NCBI GenBank assembly: GCA_951406725.2
Contig: OX597817.1
Coordinates: 83,576,001-83,640,000 of the forward strand
DNA: 64,000 nt
Direction of reading: 5' to 3'
DNA from: Octopus vulgaris
Taxonomy: Eukaryota
Of this stretch, positions 25,774 to 40,353 are shown in pieces. Position numbers and translations under genes: made by a program. The first letter of the stretch is position 1. Each line of letters starts with the position of its first letter. The notes under the pieces are model-generated. The model saw nothing but the letters and a program-made list of their open reading frames with translations, was not told the origin of the DNA and searched no databases.

Positions 25774-26741
25774 AGTAAGTGATATGATTTAATCTCACCA
25801 TGATTTATACCCAAAGGCAATTTTTTCCATATGCAGCTGGTAAAACATTATGAGAGACATAAGTACTTGTGTTGTTGTTCAACGGGTTAATATAATGTTC
25901 CCAAACATAAAAGCAACAAATGAATTGAGAATATTTAATCGAAAAGATTTAATTCTGCTAAAATTAACACAATCATACTGACATGAAGTTGAGATTTAAG
26001 ATTACGTGACATCTCCATTTCGAACGCTAATCAGATTTATTTTCCATTCTAGCAACCTTTGAACAATCTTCTACAATAAATATTTAAGATTTAACTTACA
26101 AATAATTTCATTTAAGCGCTGGAAATTGTTTCAAAGCGTTTTATTTTTCTTTCCTTTTATCTTTGTTTTGCAAAATCTATAATTATGTCAGGTGTATAGG
26201 CGCTAATTTTCTTTAATCAAATTCTATTTCAATAACTTCTCGTTGAAATTAGCTGCTTCCGCAAAAAGATATGAATTTATCAATACAGCAAACAAAATTA
26301 AATAATTAATATCATAGGGAATCGTTCTATTATTTGACGCTTCAATAGCCTGAGGTTAATCATGTTAAATTATTGTTTTTACTGAAACATTTCGATATAC
26401 TGATATCCAATGCATCTAGTCATGCGTCAACTCTGATATCACACCTCAGAAGAGTGATTGATATTAAGCATTCATTTCGCAGTGACAACGAAGGAGCTGA
26501 ATGAAACAAACTTTGGGTATAATTAAACATGTTGATTTATATCATAGCGTATTACTTGCACCGAAATGAAAATGTGATCTTCAAGCGACTTCAATTAACA
26601 ATGCTTTCGATTTCTGTCAATACCTATTTCAGTTAAATAGTGAAATAGTTACAAGTACGCCATTGTTTTTACAACATTGTTACTTTTTTCTACTCTATAG
26701 TAAATGCAAACAAAAAAAATGCATTCGAGATTAATAAACTA

Positions 26742-27766
26742 TTAGCGTATTACCCGTCAAATGATGATGGGTAACATCTAAAGTATACTTTTGTCACCCT
26801 GGATGTTGTTTGAAAATATTCAGCTTTGAGGTCTGAAAGAGTAAGGAAAAATAATCCAGTTCGAGCTTTCGGTCCCGTGGGAAGAAGGGTGAGATCAAAC
26901 ATTTAAATGGAAGCATGGTGCAACATTGCAGGGTGAAGGAATGGCAGTCATGATTATGCTCAGTCGAGATTTGGCTGTAAGAAATTCCCTGCCTAGTTAG
27001 TATGGGAAATGCTTATATCCACTGGAATAAGAGGAAGAGAGCGAAAGATAACAATGCACCAGATTGGAGAGACAACGGAAAGAGCCTCTTGCTGGCCATG
27101 GAGCAAGAGAGAAGAGTTAAGTTGGAAGGCCAGAGAAGATGAGCAGTGATTTTGCTACCTCTGCTGACGCACCAGCGGAAGGGTGTTATGGTTCAGGGTG
27201 GAAACACTCGATGATCGGTGGACACTGTTGGAAACAGCCGTTGGACATCAATGCCGTTTGGCTAAAGCTACATGCACCAAAGGTGAGTGAAAAAGTATCT
27301 CATTTTAGATGTTTTCAATTTCTCATTATCATTTAAATTTCATCAAATTTCCTTGTGCTTATACAGAATGATGAAACGAATACTAATTTTCAAAAGACAA
27401 ATTTTTATCACCATGAATTGAAATTAAATGAAACTAAACAATGAACTACATATTCCTCCTCAATATGTTCCGACAGATACAGACATTAATACACTAACAG
27501 CTTCTGCATTTTGTCTATGGAGAACTACTCATTTCCCACTTGTATAACTCCTCCAATAAATGTTTTGTGATCTACTCTCTCTCTCTCTTCCTTCTCTCTA
27601 TTTACTCCTCTCTCTCCCTCCCCCTCTCTCTGTCTCTCTCTCTCTCTTTCTGATATTTTCTGTCAATGTGTATGTAGCAATCTTTTACTCATTAAGTACC
27701 ACCGCTTTAAGTATGTGCACTCACCTTGCACTTCTTGCGTTAATTTTCTCCGTACCTATCTTTTGC

Positions 27767-27838
<72 letters not shown>

Positions 27839-27945
27839 ATGTTAAACATGACTGGATCAATCAGCCAAGTAAACAACCAACATTTATAACAGATTTTATT
27901 AAAAAGAGATTTAAAAAAAAGAAGTGTTAGTTTTATTATATATAT
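26742..27945 (-). mobile_element. Possible non-autonomous Helitron
   Basis: Minus-strand hairpin ttacccatca/tgacgggtaa followed by tacgCTAA|T. Candidate 5' end tatatataataaaactaac near 27945. Linkage of the two ends is unproven. Confidence 0.35.
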
Positions 27946-28136
27946 TATCACAGTATCTCATATGCTAAGATCTACAATAAAATATTAGTGTCTCTAATTC
28001 TATGACAATAACATTTCAAAATTCTTTGCAAAAACATCTGGTCTGGACTCAGTCCCACAGCGCGGCACTTTGGGCGAGTGTCTTCTACGATAGTTTTGCG
28101 AGTAAATATTTTAGACAGAAATTGTGGAAGCCCGTC

Positions 28137-28189
<53 letters not shown>

Positions 28190-28204
28190 TAGATAGATAG
28201 ATTT

Positions 28205-28290
<86 letters not shown>

Positions 28291-28305
28291 GATAGTTATA
28301 ATATC

Positions 28306-28800
28306 TTATAATTATATACATAATTATAACAAGGGGTTGGCTTTATGTCTTACCACGCACAGTAAGAAATAGACGCTTAAGTCTTTTTTACTAACTTAAA
28401 ATCTCCGAGAATAACACACTTCATTGTAGGCAAGCAAAAGAAAAAATAATGAATCAATAAGGCTGATTTGAATAATACTCGGCAGTATACTTTTACGACT
28501 GTGGATAGATATTGGTCATACGATCACGCTGACCGCGTGCATAATTTGAAATACCCGTGAACTTATACGATATACTATGCAGAAGAGTAACAGTAAGCAA
28601 ATTATTCTTTGCTTTAAGTTCGAAACGCGTCCATAGTTAATCAGCCTTATTGATTCATTATTTTTCTTTTGCTTGCCTACAATAAAGTGTGTTATTCTCG
28701 GAGATTTTAAGGTAATAAAAAAAACTTTAGCGTCTATTTCTTACGGTGCGTGGTAAGACATAAAGCCGACCCCTTGTTATAATTATGCATATAATTATAA
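28306..28800. repeat. Inverted repeat with ~160-bp arms (28306-28468 / 28639-28800); probable PLE pseudo-LTR structure
   Basis: Arms are near reverse complements (ttataattat..tcttaccacgcac..tctccgagaataacacactt..aaggctgatt). The spacer holds an HHR. Confidence 0.9.
28574..28637 (+). ncRNA. Type I hammerhead ribozyme-like motif
   Basis: ACUAUG-CAGAAGA-stem II (AAGCAAA/UUUGCUU)-GAAAC-GC-GUC-CAUAGU. Perfect 6-bp stem I, palindromic ACGCGU stem III, one U>A change in the core. Confidence 0.75.
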
Positions 28801-28804
28801 AATA

Positions 28805-29705
28805 CGATCAAAACGCCTCCCCCTCCCGTCTAATGGACGGTGCTGAGTTGGCAAACATTTAAACCAAATTTTCTCAAAACAACTTGTCCGACCGTCCCAT
28901 ACGCCTCCTCATTGAGAAACACAAAAACGATTCATGCAAATGGGCTAGCTGGAGGTAAATCTAGATAGAAAAGCATGATGAATTTATGAGAACGTACCTG
29001 GGACAATAATAAGTTTATCCGATAAAACGTGTAGGAAATCAACTTGGGGCGATTTTTTATGAAAAGCAACAACCTAGGGAACTTAAGTAACTAATTTTAA
29101 GCTAACTTACTTTACGGGATGCTTAAGGGTATAGAAAAGCTAATGGAGCGCAGCCTTGTAAACCACATTCCTTGTTACTCCGTCTGGAGCGTAGTAGAAA
29201 AGGTTTGTTGAACAGCCCACATACAGTTGTCCGTGTGAAAAGCAGGGAGTGCTGAGGTCCAATCTCACGACTTTCAATGACTGCCCTTGTGCTTTGTTGA
29301 TGGTCATCGCGAAGCTCAGGCGAATAGGGAATTGAACGCGGTTCATCGGGTAAACACAGTCCGACGGAATCAATGGCATGCGGGAAATAAAAACAACATC
29401 TCCTGCTCCTTGACCCGTGATAACTTTTGCCTCGAGAACGTCTGTGCAAATTGCACGTGCATTTTTCTCGCGCACACGTAGTATCGATCGCAACAGCTGA
29501 TCTACTTGCGCGTATAAATGCACGTTCCCATGGCTTAATCGATCGCATTCTCACCTGGAATCGATTTTTGTAATTTTTTCAAGACTTATACACGCCCTGA
29601 TACCGTCGGTATCTACATATCAAATTTGATCGCAATCGGATGGAGGATGCCCGAGATCCTAGAAGATACACAGACACACAGACAGAACGGATTTTATATA
29701 ATAGA
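28805..29705 (-). mobile_element. Non-autonomous Helitron with Pif1-type helicase C-terminal fragment
   Basis: 5' A|TCTATTATATAAAA followed by a ctgt-rich tract. ORF 29140-29523 RVQFPIRLSFAMTINKAQGQSL..FSHGQLYVGCS..TRNVVY. 3' hairpin plus a decayed CTRR|T end. Confidence 0.88.
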
Positions 29706-29822
29706 TTTTGTAAAATTTACCTATAAGATTTTTATTTCCGCACTGGCTACCTGGTAAAATTATTACTGATTTTACCCTTTATTATTAATATATATATATA
29801 TAGAGAGAGAGAGGGGGAGGGG

Positions 29823-29914
<92 letters not shown>

Positions 29915-30739
29915 AGTATTGTAGCATTTAGAAGTGAATTTCTTTCCTTTCTCCTAGACTCAACTCTATTTCAAGCGTTACCAACAGAAAATAACTTCGA
30001 TAGAGTACTTTCAAAAAAAAACCATTGTTATCTATGGATGTCTGCCCTGATATGCGGCGATGAACCAAGAAAGTTTATCAGTAATGACATTTTTATTGCA
30101 TTTGATTTGACATTTTAACATTTCACGCCAAAATCTCTACTTGACACACACCTCAACATATGCACAAAATAGTAAAAAGACGACGCGAAACAAATTATAC
30201 GCCAGCATAAACACTTACAGAAATAGAAAAGTTAATGAACATTGAAAAGAATGTTTTAGTTGATAAAGAAATTATTTCGAGCAGTTTTACAGTTAGTTTT
30301 CACTATAACGGTAACGACAGTGACACTCGCATAAGCAGTAATATGAAAGAAGTTAGTTTTGCCTTCATAACCGAGCAGACAGTTATTACACTTGGTCCAG
30401 TTCCTAGAAAAAAAAATAATAGCTGTGAGAACTGTGTAAAGCCCCAAGATGTAATCTAAGGAGAGCAAAAAGAAAATTTACAAAGTTCTGTCTTAAGAAG
30501 GAATGCAGCGGTTTCTAACTCGCGTCGAAGCAGCCGAAAAGGAAATAAAGAAGTATCGGTAAATATTCTCTCGCTTGATTTATGGTACTTTCTGCTGTAC
30601 TTTCAGGACTAAATACTTTATCAAAAACACAGGCTAAAACATTCAGACATACTTCCACCCATACGTTTTCTCTATTTCAAGTATTGGTGTGACGATTAAG
30701 ATTTTGAAAACGATGTTATACATGACAGATCGTCACTCT

Positions 30740-31600
30740 TGCATTACAGTATTGTTGGGACGATGATCACAATATTGAAGAAAAGCTACAAGTAGTCAGG
30801 AGGAGCCAAGGTGAGCGTTCAAGTTCTGACACCCGAAAGTTACAAAATCACTCCAAAGCTGTACCCAGTTGAAGTTGTCGATGCTCATGGCATGAGATGG
30901 TGCTGTAGAAGTGGCCAAGTGAAAGCCTTTTGAAGTCTCTCTAAAGGCTAGGAAAAAGAAAAAAGGACAGCTAGGGAGATAGCTAAAGCAGCAACAAGAT
31001 CAGTGGGCCCAGGTTGCTAGGTTATCACTAGTCACAACTCAGGAAATGGCGTATCCTTCCTGAAAATAAGTTATTAGGAGCCCCGTGCAACAGTGCTTCC
31101 TCATTGTTCTGTCTCCCGGAGATTAATTAGCTAATAGCAATGAAATCGTTCTCCTCGTATTTGTTCAGAGTCGGACCATTGCTAATCAGTGTAGCCATGT
31201 CGAGGAGCTGTTAGCTCATGTTGTACAAATCCGACTCTCAACCGAAACCTTACAAATATCACTTATCTCCTTCTTTTGGAAAGGAGAGGCAAGCAGATTT
31301 CCTCAGATTTATTGGCTATGTCAAAAGAGATTGAATGGTGGACACGTATGAAATGATTGAGAACAGGACTCTAGCTCTTCGACAAAGACCTCATAAACTT
31401 CGAATATCCCTATGAGTAGAAGGTAAGTGTACAGAAAGAAGGGAGTCTGGCGTTAAGTGAATTTAATGAAAAGTTAGAAGACTCGAGATTGATGCGAATG
31501 AGAGGTCCAATCTGTAATGTTGCCTAGATGTTGCAGTCTGAAGAAGGTAAGAGCCTGTGTGGAAGGTTGTCGTAATTCTTGTTATGACCTAATCTTCATT
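30740..31600 (+). mobile_element. Highly decayed Tx1/L1-like LINE remnant
   Basis: HVEELL..LSTE, AMSKEIEWWTRMK..KDLINF resemble a Tx1/L1 ORF2 C-terminus. Many stops. Confidence 0.4.
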
Positions 31601-34416
31601 CAGTGACGTTTCCTAGTTCGTTTTGGGTTTCTTTCGTTTCTATATTTTTTTGTTTAATTCTTAATCTCTTTGTCTTTTACGTAGAATTACACTTTGCTCA
31701 TTCCGTGTATTGCATGCAAACGCACAAATATGATTATTTGTTTAATAAATGTGTATACAAAAATAACACACAAGTATAAAATACAGACTGAAGTTTGTGT
31801 TTTGTTTTGTTTTTTTTTGATAAAATGTATCATAATTTCATATTACCTTCCTTGATATCAATAACCTTATATTTTATACGCTGCTCTAAATTATCAGTTG
31901 AGAAAACAAATGTATTCGTGTCTTATCTTTCAGCAATATCTTATCTATAATAACTAGAATATCAACGACTAGTGTAAACTTGATATTTAGGAAATGGTAT
32001 GATATATTAAGCTGTTCTACAATTCAAAAAGAACTATATTTCATTTATTTCATATCACATGCTGCTGAGATATTGTTTTATTTAACGTTATCATAATACT
32101 ATACTTCAGAATACAAATGCAGATAATTAGTTACGAAATGCAATACATAAGTTTATATAATTCACTTCATGGGAAATAATAAATGTAATTAATTCGAATC
32201 TGCAATTTTTTGCTTCAAATTTCATCGGATGATTTCAGACTCGTGAATCAATATCCAAAAATATATTACGTTTTATAATTCTTTCGTTGATATTGTCCAT
32301 GGCCAAGTGCAACAGAATGTTTTCAATTGTCTAAGAGAGTTTTTACCTCTTATTTGTAATCCAGGAATAATCATGTATTAATGCATGTTAAAACGAATCG
32401 ATTCTAATACTTCTTTCTTCATTTGCATTTACAATTTGTCAATACGCATTTTGTTGCTTTACGTTTCAGATTATGCCGTAAGGAATTTAACTAATTTCTT
32501 TGTATTAAATTTTCAATAAAAATCTACTCAAAGACACTACATTGATCAAAATAGCCTCGTCAAGAATTCCCAAATATCATTCAATATCAAATAAACTCAA
32601 AACAATTTCAAATCATATTCAGAATACGTTACAAAATAAATTTATTTGAGAGGCCATTGTAACAACGTAGCAAGATAGCTGTCATGTTAGTTGCCGAAAT
32701 ATAAAACAAAAATATATGAGAGGCCATTTTTTTTTTTTTTTTTGCAGAAGGAGAACATTATTCTGCAACAATTAACATTCTACTGGAAAATTAAATATCG
32801 ACTTAGCAATATCAGTAATATAATTTCCTCATATCTATATACATTTCATATAATTTAGTTTTTAGCTTTACATTAGAGAGTCAGAATGTGCGCCTGAAAA
32901 TTTTGGAGATAAAACTCTATGCTACAGACCATCGTAATTTTGGAAATGATTCACTTTAATCAATGGTAGTTCAAGTTTGCTTCGACCAGGGTGGTCCTCG
33001 AGTTTGCTTCCTCCACCACAAATAACATATCATGGTGGCCAGCGACAGAAAGTGTAATACTAAAAACAGTTACCCAAAGCGGATCGCCCCCACATTTAAA
33101 CTATGTTAGAGACTTTAATGTTATGTTTTGGGCGGAACGAAACAAAACCAACCTCCCAAACTAAAATTGCTTTTCCTTTAGAAAGCTAATTTTACAATAA
33201 CTTTGATTTGTGCTTAAGATCTTTTTCCGTTATATTTACCGTTCACCCTCCGCTATTTCTTTACACCCTGCCCGGTTGCCCTTACTGTAAACTATTGTCA
33301 ACATTGTGTAGCATTAAGAATTGAATTTTCAAATATTTTCTCATGTTTCTTTAGATTTATTATATCTCAATAATTTGCTTTTAAATAGATTTAATGCAGA
33401 ACATTAAAATCAGAAATATCTCTGAAGTAGATTGTGTAAATCAAGTGCAAAATAAAGCTGTTTTATGGGTTGTTATTGATTAAATCTTATTAACAAGTAA
33501 TATACTGTTTCCAATAGGTTTTCAAGCAATCGCAACATTACATGCGACATAGAAGTAAATTGATTTTATCTTTAGCAATAATTCAATTCCTAACGTTTTT
33601 TTTCTACTATAAATATGAATTCTTTGAATTGCATTGACTCAAATACTATTTCAGAAACATTAGTAAAGTTACGATCGGAGTTTAACATAAAGTGCACAGG
33701 TCATTTAAGTTTAAAATATAATAAAATCTTGATGTTATCCTCAAACTCTAGGCAGCTTTTAATCCAACAATGTAGCATTAAAGACTGATTTACATGAGAG
33801 GTGAAATAGCTTAGATTTACAATTGAACGCTTCTATTGGGAAACGGATCATGAGTTGAAGTAAATGCATTTCTCCATGTTAAGTATTAGAAAAAGAAACA
33901 GAAAATACAGTAAAAACTCGTAAATATTGTTATTTTTATTGACGTGAAACAAACAAGGGGCTGGAAACCAGGAATTTAAAAGAATTTATTTTTTCGATAA
34001 GATTTACAACATTTGGTAACATTTTCAATGAAGTGGAAACTTTCCTTATGTCATTTATTTTCCGAGAATGTAAAGTTTTATTGTTCTTAGTACAAAGCAG
34101 TCGATCGACGGTTTATAAGATGGTCATATAGGAAGCGTAAATAAAAACGATCTTACTTAGTATTACTTAGTATCTTTGTCCATATTTCTGTTGTATTAGT
34201 CTTGTTATGCATGACCTGCTGGCACTCCAGTTAAAGACATTGCAAAATAAACTGTATTTAAGTATGAGCAGTAAGTTTATAAAATCCGTTATTTCAGTTT
34301 ATTGTCATTCTCCTCTGAAGAAATCATTAATTCTGCGCTTAGAATGGAAGATGTTTTCTTCTGAAAAATATTAATCTTGCTCAGTATAAAATATTTAACT
34401 GAAACTTTATTCATAG

Positions 34417-34469
34417 AATTCTTCGTTGGCAGACCAAGGTTTTGGGAGAATGGATTTTTAGGAAAATGG
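34417..34469 (+). CDS. Candidate internal exon of host gene
   Basis: tttattcatag| 53 nt |gtaaat; open in two frames (ILRWQTKVLGEWIFRKM or FFVGRPRFWENGFLGKW). No homology recognised. Confidence 0.25.
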
Positions 34470-34712
34470 GTAAATGTAAATGGAACTAGAGACTTTAATG
34501 AGTGCAGTGGTCGGACTTGCTCAAAAATAACAGCCAAACCTACCTCAAATTACCTCCTGCCGTCTTAAAAATTAAGCATTGCATTACGTTGTCTTGGGTA
34601 CAATATGTACGAAGAGAAAAGGTGAGATTTCTATGGCTGGAACTCTTTAATACAAAGGTCCGTTCGGTAAGGGTCACCCTGGAGCCAAGTAACAACAAGG
34701 CACAGGCATATC

Positions 34713-34923
34713 TTTTTCATTGTTTAACCCTTTTGCTTGTTTCAGTCATTGAGCAGCTGCCTTGCTGGAATACCATCGGCCCTAATAATTATTTTAAGTA
34801 TGCTACTTGTTTATCAGTCTTTTTGCCAAACTGCTAAGCTACTGAGATGTAAACAATTCAACACCGGTTCTGATGCGGTGCAGGAACGAACACAAATACA
34901 TATATGTATACACGTTCATTATG

Positions 34924-34968
<45 letters not shown>

Positions 34969-35330
34969 GCATACATACATACATATACATACATACATAT
35001 ACATATGTACCCACACATACATACGTATATATAGATGCATGCATACATACATATACATATACACACGCGTACACACACACATACATACACACATACACAC
35101 ACACATACATACATACATACATACACACACACACATACATACATACATACATACATACATACATACATACATACATACATACATACATACATACTTACAT
35201 ACGGCGAATTTTCAGTTTCCTAATACCAAATCCTGTCACGCAGCATTGGTCGGCCGGAGGCTCTATTAGTAGACAATTCCCCAAGGCTCTTTGTAGTGGG
35301 ACTGAGCCCAAAATGAGGTGGTCGCGGAAT
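34713..35330 (-). mobile_element. Diverged CORE-type SINE with expanded internal (GATA)/(CATA) repeats
   Basis: cttgtttcagtcattg..ttgccaaactgctaag..[microsatellite]..ttcagtttcc..ggtcggccggaggct..gtgggactgagcc. Confidence 0.75.
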
Positions 35331-35998
35331 GGTCACAGTACCGAATATCATAGCCTTAGAACGGCGTGTATTCAAATGCAGTAGCAACGGTGCTTCTTTT
35401 AAAGTCCAAATTCTACCATTTTACCCAAGTTTTTCATCGTTGTTTTGTCTCCTTTCCACAGGTTTACAGTTAAAAGTACATTCATATTGAATATATTTAG
35501 ATATGTGTTGTCTGCCTGCGAGTCAATATTTGTATCAGAATCATCTATATTTAAACTTAGAAATATCTCACAAATGACTTACAGTATCCAAAGTACAAAG
35601 TTTAAATGCTATTTCCGGTCCTAATTTCAGTTTGTTTAAATATTTTTGATGATCACAACTATTTTCGCGCGTAGCACAAAGGTGCTCTTATCACTCTACC
35701 ATTATTCACCCGAATGATTCTCAATCCATCTTGCTCTACTAAGCGACTTACCATTTCTCGTTACATTACTCCATTATTAACTGTGAAAATGATGTTCCAT
35801 ATGAGGTCAACATACAGAAATCGTGAGTATAAGGAAATTTTTCATTCTTATTTCCATGTATAAGGATATTTTGTAACTATCTTCTGGCATTGAAAATGAT
35901 GAAATATTGAAGTGTTTCAAAATACCGTTGTTTTTTTTTTCGATTGTAGGCTCCAATTACACACACAGACACACGTACACACACACTCATAAATACTC

Positions 35999-36137
<139 letters not shown>

Positions 36138-36804
36138 TAGATACATAGATATATATATACATACATACATAAATATATATATAATACAAAATGGGACAAG
36201 AACGCAAAACATCCAGACGACTAGTTGATACAAAAAGGGACAACAAAACATCCAGATAGACGATACAAAGAAAACAAGGACGGAATGGCATAGTCTATTT
36301 TGGTGTATATATCATCGAATACAATTTTGATATTTTGGGCTAGACAGCTGGTATTGTTTGATACCACGTTGGGCGTAATTAAGTCATCTATGATCAGAGA
36401 TAAACAGATCATGACCAACCTGTATTACTGTATTATTTTGGGAATGATGTACCTCATACAATATTATCCATTTTATTGTTATTTATGATACTATAGAAAA
36501 ATCGATTGTAGTTAGGCTGCTACTTCTTGCAGGCCAAGCGATCATGTAGAGGCATGCTCAAAGCTTGGTTCTTGTTGATGTAGTTGCTGTTGCTAATGTT
36601 GAGGCTGTTGATTATCCGCATGTTAACTCTGAATGAGTGAATCTCTAATAAAAGACATTCCAGTTATGACTACCACAACTTTTGGTTGTATTTCTAGAAC
36701 TCTATTCTTCATTATCTCCTTTATTTATTTAAAACAGTTGAGTGTGATTTGAAAGTGATTTAGCTGCTATCTGCATAGGTCGACTATGCATATACTTTCT
36801 CTCT

Positions 36805-36850
<46 letters not shown>

Positions 36851-38103
36851 CCCTCCCTCTCTCGGAACGAGGAAATTAGCAGTCATGGCGATTATGTTTA
36901 TACTAGTATGGGTAAAGTCAAATTGTGTCAAATGACAATCAAAACCGAATTTTGGATTCAATTCTATAACACTCCTCATAGCCTCGGCTATAGTGTAACA
37001 ATAGCCCTCTTTGCCTTATGCTCTCAATTCTTTGATGGAATCGTAGGAGCGCCGTCGTGACATACAGTGTGTCTTGGGTATTGTTCTTAGATCTAGCATA
37101 GCCCATCCCTTTCGAGAACGGCCCACAGACGATTTATTCGAGAAGAGAGAAAAGTCAGGCAGAAAAAGTGAGAGGAAAAGAAAACTCGATCCCAATACAG
37201 AACTGGGACTGTTTATCGACCCTAAAAGGATAAAAGATAAAGGATAAAAGGTGACTTTTATCATAAATATCATTTCTGTTGAATGTCGAATCTCATAAAA
37301 ACCTCACAGGTAGCTACTTCATTCAGTGATTAAAGTAGCTATCTGCTTAATATAATGAAAAGGCATGACGTATTTAATCCTCGAAATTTCATCAGTTCTA
37401 CTACAAAGGTTATCAGGTTCTCTGTTTTTAAACAGCTTTATTATAGGTAAACCAAAGCACTGAGGTCATCAGGTATTTACCATTTAAACTGTTTTTTATA
37501 TCAATTTATTTATATCAATACATTAATGTATGATACCTTCTTTGGAACGTTCCTAAACAGAAGAATAGGAGAAGCTTAGTGAGGTTTTTTTCTTATTGTG
37601 AATTTTCCGTTAGAATTCGTACAATTTGATGGTTGAAGAAAAAGCAGAGTTTTCAGAATTATACATTCTCGAATGGATAGAGAAAATTATTTAGAATAGA
37701 ATTTCCTAGAAAAAAGACACCATAATTGTGTGTGTGTGTGGTTAGAGACGGACTGAATTGATACATCAAGTTGATTTAGGTTGGAATTATCAAAGCTGAT
37801 GTTAAAAACAATCTAGCTTCATATTTGTCTCCGAACGAAATGTCATGCGATATGACATTCATTTCTGTTTTTCAGAATATCATGGATCTAAGAACTATAG
37901 AATAGAAAGAAATGGGTTTCTTCACTTTTTTTCTTTTTCTTTTTCTTAATCATTTCCTTTCGCAAGGAATGGAATAAAATGAATCGTGAATAAGAAGACT
38001 TGATACTGCCTTACATTCTGACGATGAGGTTTCAGAAATGATGTTTTCATGCTTTCTGATGACTGATCACAAGAGTATCAAATTTGTATGAAGCGAAGTG
38101 CCT

Positions 38104-38448
38104 TTCTTTTACTTCTTTCAGCCACTGTACCATGGCCATGCTGGAGCACTTCTTTGAAGGGTTTAGTTCAACAAATCTAGTATTGTACGTATTTTAAAAC
38201 TTTGGTACTTATTCTACCGGTCTTTTTCTTCCAACCGTTAAGTAACAAGGACGTAAACAATGTAGTATCGGTTGTCAAATGGTGTGGATGGAGAAACACA
38301 GGCACAAACAGCACATACACACATACACGCATACGCATGCCTACACACACATGCATACATGTACGTATACACATATATATACACATATAAATGCATACGT
38401 ATATATGTGACGATACATGGATTCAAGCAAACTGGCAGCATTCGTTTC

Positions 38449-38510
<62 letters not shown>

Positions 38511-38651
38511 GTATATGTACGACATGCTTCCACACAGTTTCTATTTAAGTCTTTGGTCGGTCCAGGAATATATAGAAAACACTTACCCAAGTAGCCGCGC
38601 AATGGAACTGAACCCGAAACCATGTAGTTGCAAAGTGAGTTTCTGAACCAC
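38104..38651 (-). mobile_element. Diverged CORE-type SINE
   Basis: ggccatgctggagcac..ggtacttattcta..ctttggtcggtcc..acacttacccaag..gaactgaacccgaaaccatgt. Confidence 0.75.
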
Positions 38652-38714
38652 ACAAACATACCTACACTTGTGTGTGTGTGTTTGTGTATGTGTATGTGTG
38701 TCTGTGTGTCTGTG

Positions 38715-38870
38715 TAGTTCAAATTTATAGAAAACAAAACACGAAGACAGGTGAAGGAACAACAAGCAGGTGTATTAGTTTGACGCTCGAGAAGAATGGA
38801 AAAGGCTTTAGCGTTTCGAGCCTATGCTCTTCGACAAAAAGGATTGAGAAAGGGAAAATGGAGAGAAAAC
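38715..38870 (-). mobile_element. Solo PLE-like 3' terminus with variant HHR (38805-38842)
   Basis: Minus strand UUGUCGA-A-GAGC(auag)GCUC-GAAAC-GCU, then gagcgtc..taata..ttgttcc. Same layout as 13308-13440. Confidence 0.6.
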
Positions 38871-39524
38871 GATATATATATATAAAACTTTATGCTCGCA
38901 ATGTAAGTGAAGTAAAATGGCTTCAACCGGGAATCGAAATTGCTTTGCTATGATTTCACAGAAACTTTGTCGTCTTTCAGAAAATATTCATTAAGTTTAT
39001 GACGATTCCAACTTTACATAATTCATCATCATCACCATCACTATTATCACCTCCACTACTACCATAATCACCATCATCATCATTACCTTACTTATCCCTG
39101 TCATTATCTTCAACATCATCACCATTATCTTCATTAGATATATATAATGATTAGAAATTATCATTGCAGATTCGAAATTCGATTTAGGAATTTACTTATT
39201 GTTTTAAACCGTTTAAATAATTGCTTGTTTAAAAGATAAATTATTATTTTCACAGCCAATTAATATTGATTTCTAATATAATTTTGGTTTTCAAATTATG
39301 CCAATATTTCTGTCCTATAACGTATTATATGAATGTCATGTGATTTAATGCATTTCATGAATGGCGGGATCGGTTGATTGTTGCATAAACTATCTTTAAA
39401 ATACACCAGAGAATAAACTTATTACGTAGTTAAAAACCAACATGTGTTTCTAATCTGGAAAAAGATATCAACTGAAGTGATTAATTCAATTAGCCAGCGA
39501 TTGTAGTAACATAATTATTGTGTG

Positions 39525-39563
<39 letters not shown>

Positions 39564-40128
39564 CATTGTGTGAAATGATTCTCAATTACATACCAGTAAA
39601 TTATAAAAATATGATGTCCATAAATTATATGTAATCTAGCGAGAGAACATGCAATTCGAACAATGTGATAACTGATAAGATCCAACTCGGTCGAATCGCA
39701 GTAGTTCAATTGTCAAGCTCTCTGCTGAAAAGTGTAAACAAAAGATTTATAAAGTGATATCCTATATAGAGCCAATACAGATATTGGTTGGTTGGCTGGC
39801 TGGCTGGCTGGTTAGTTGCGTTGTTCTCTAGTCATACTTTACAATGCATAAAGAGAGGTAGAGATATGGAGTAAAAGAGAGATACATAAACTGTTATGTA
39901 AGAGGGGCAAGAGGATTGACTATTCGAGGTTTGGTGGTAGGCAATGGTTACTTCCTGAAAAAGTATATTTATATTAATGAAATTTTCGATGGAGTAGCTT
40001 GCGATTACTTTGATAGGATTTAGAAAAATATTAAATATTTATTGCAAACATGCATATGGGAAGTTTATTTGATATGATTTTATTTAAAGATAATAAATAC
40101 TTTTCTTTTTTAAAACTAGTAATCATTA

Positions 40129-40299
40129 GGCGCAGGAGTGGCTGTATGGTAAGTAGCTTGCTTACCAACCACATGGTTCCAGGTTCAGTCCCACTGCGTG
40201 GCACCTTGGACAAGAGTCTTCTACTATAGCCTCGGGCTGCCCAAAGCCTTGTGAGTGGATTCGGTAGACGGAAACTGAAAGTAGTCCGTCGTACATATG

Positions 40300-40353
<54 letters not shown>

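Noticed and set aside
25509-25801. Acidic ORF ending at gtaagt, as a host exon
   Set aside because: Lies within the hAT remnant next to its TIR; the acidic run is a degenerate GAT repeat.
34502-34700. 111-aa ORF with an AAG|gtgaga donor
   Set aside because: Overlaps a dispersed repeat tail also seen reversed at ~18245-18375 and ~36590-36780.
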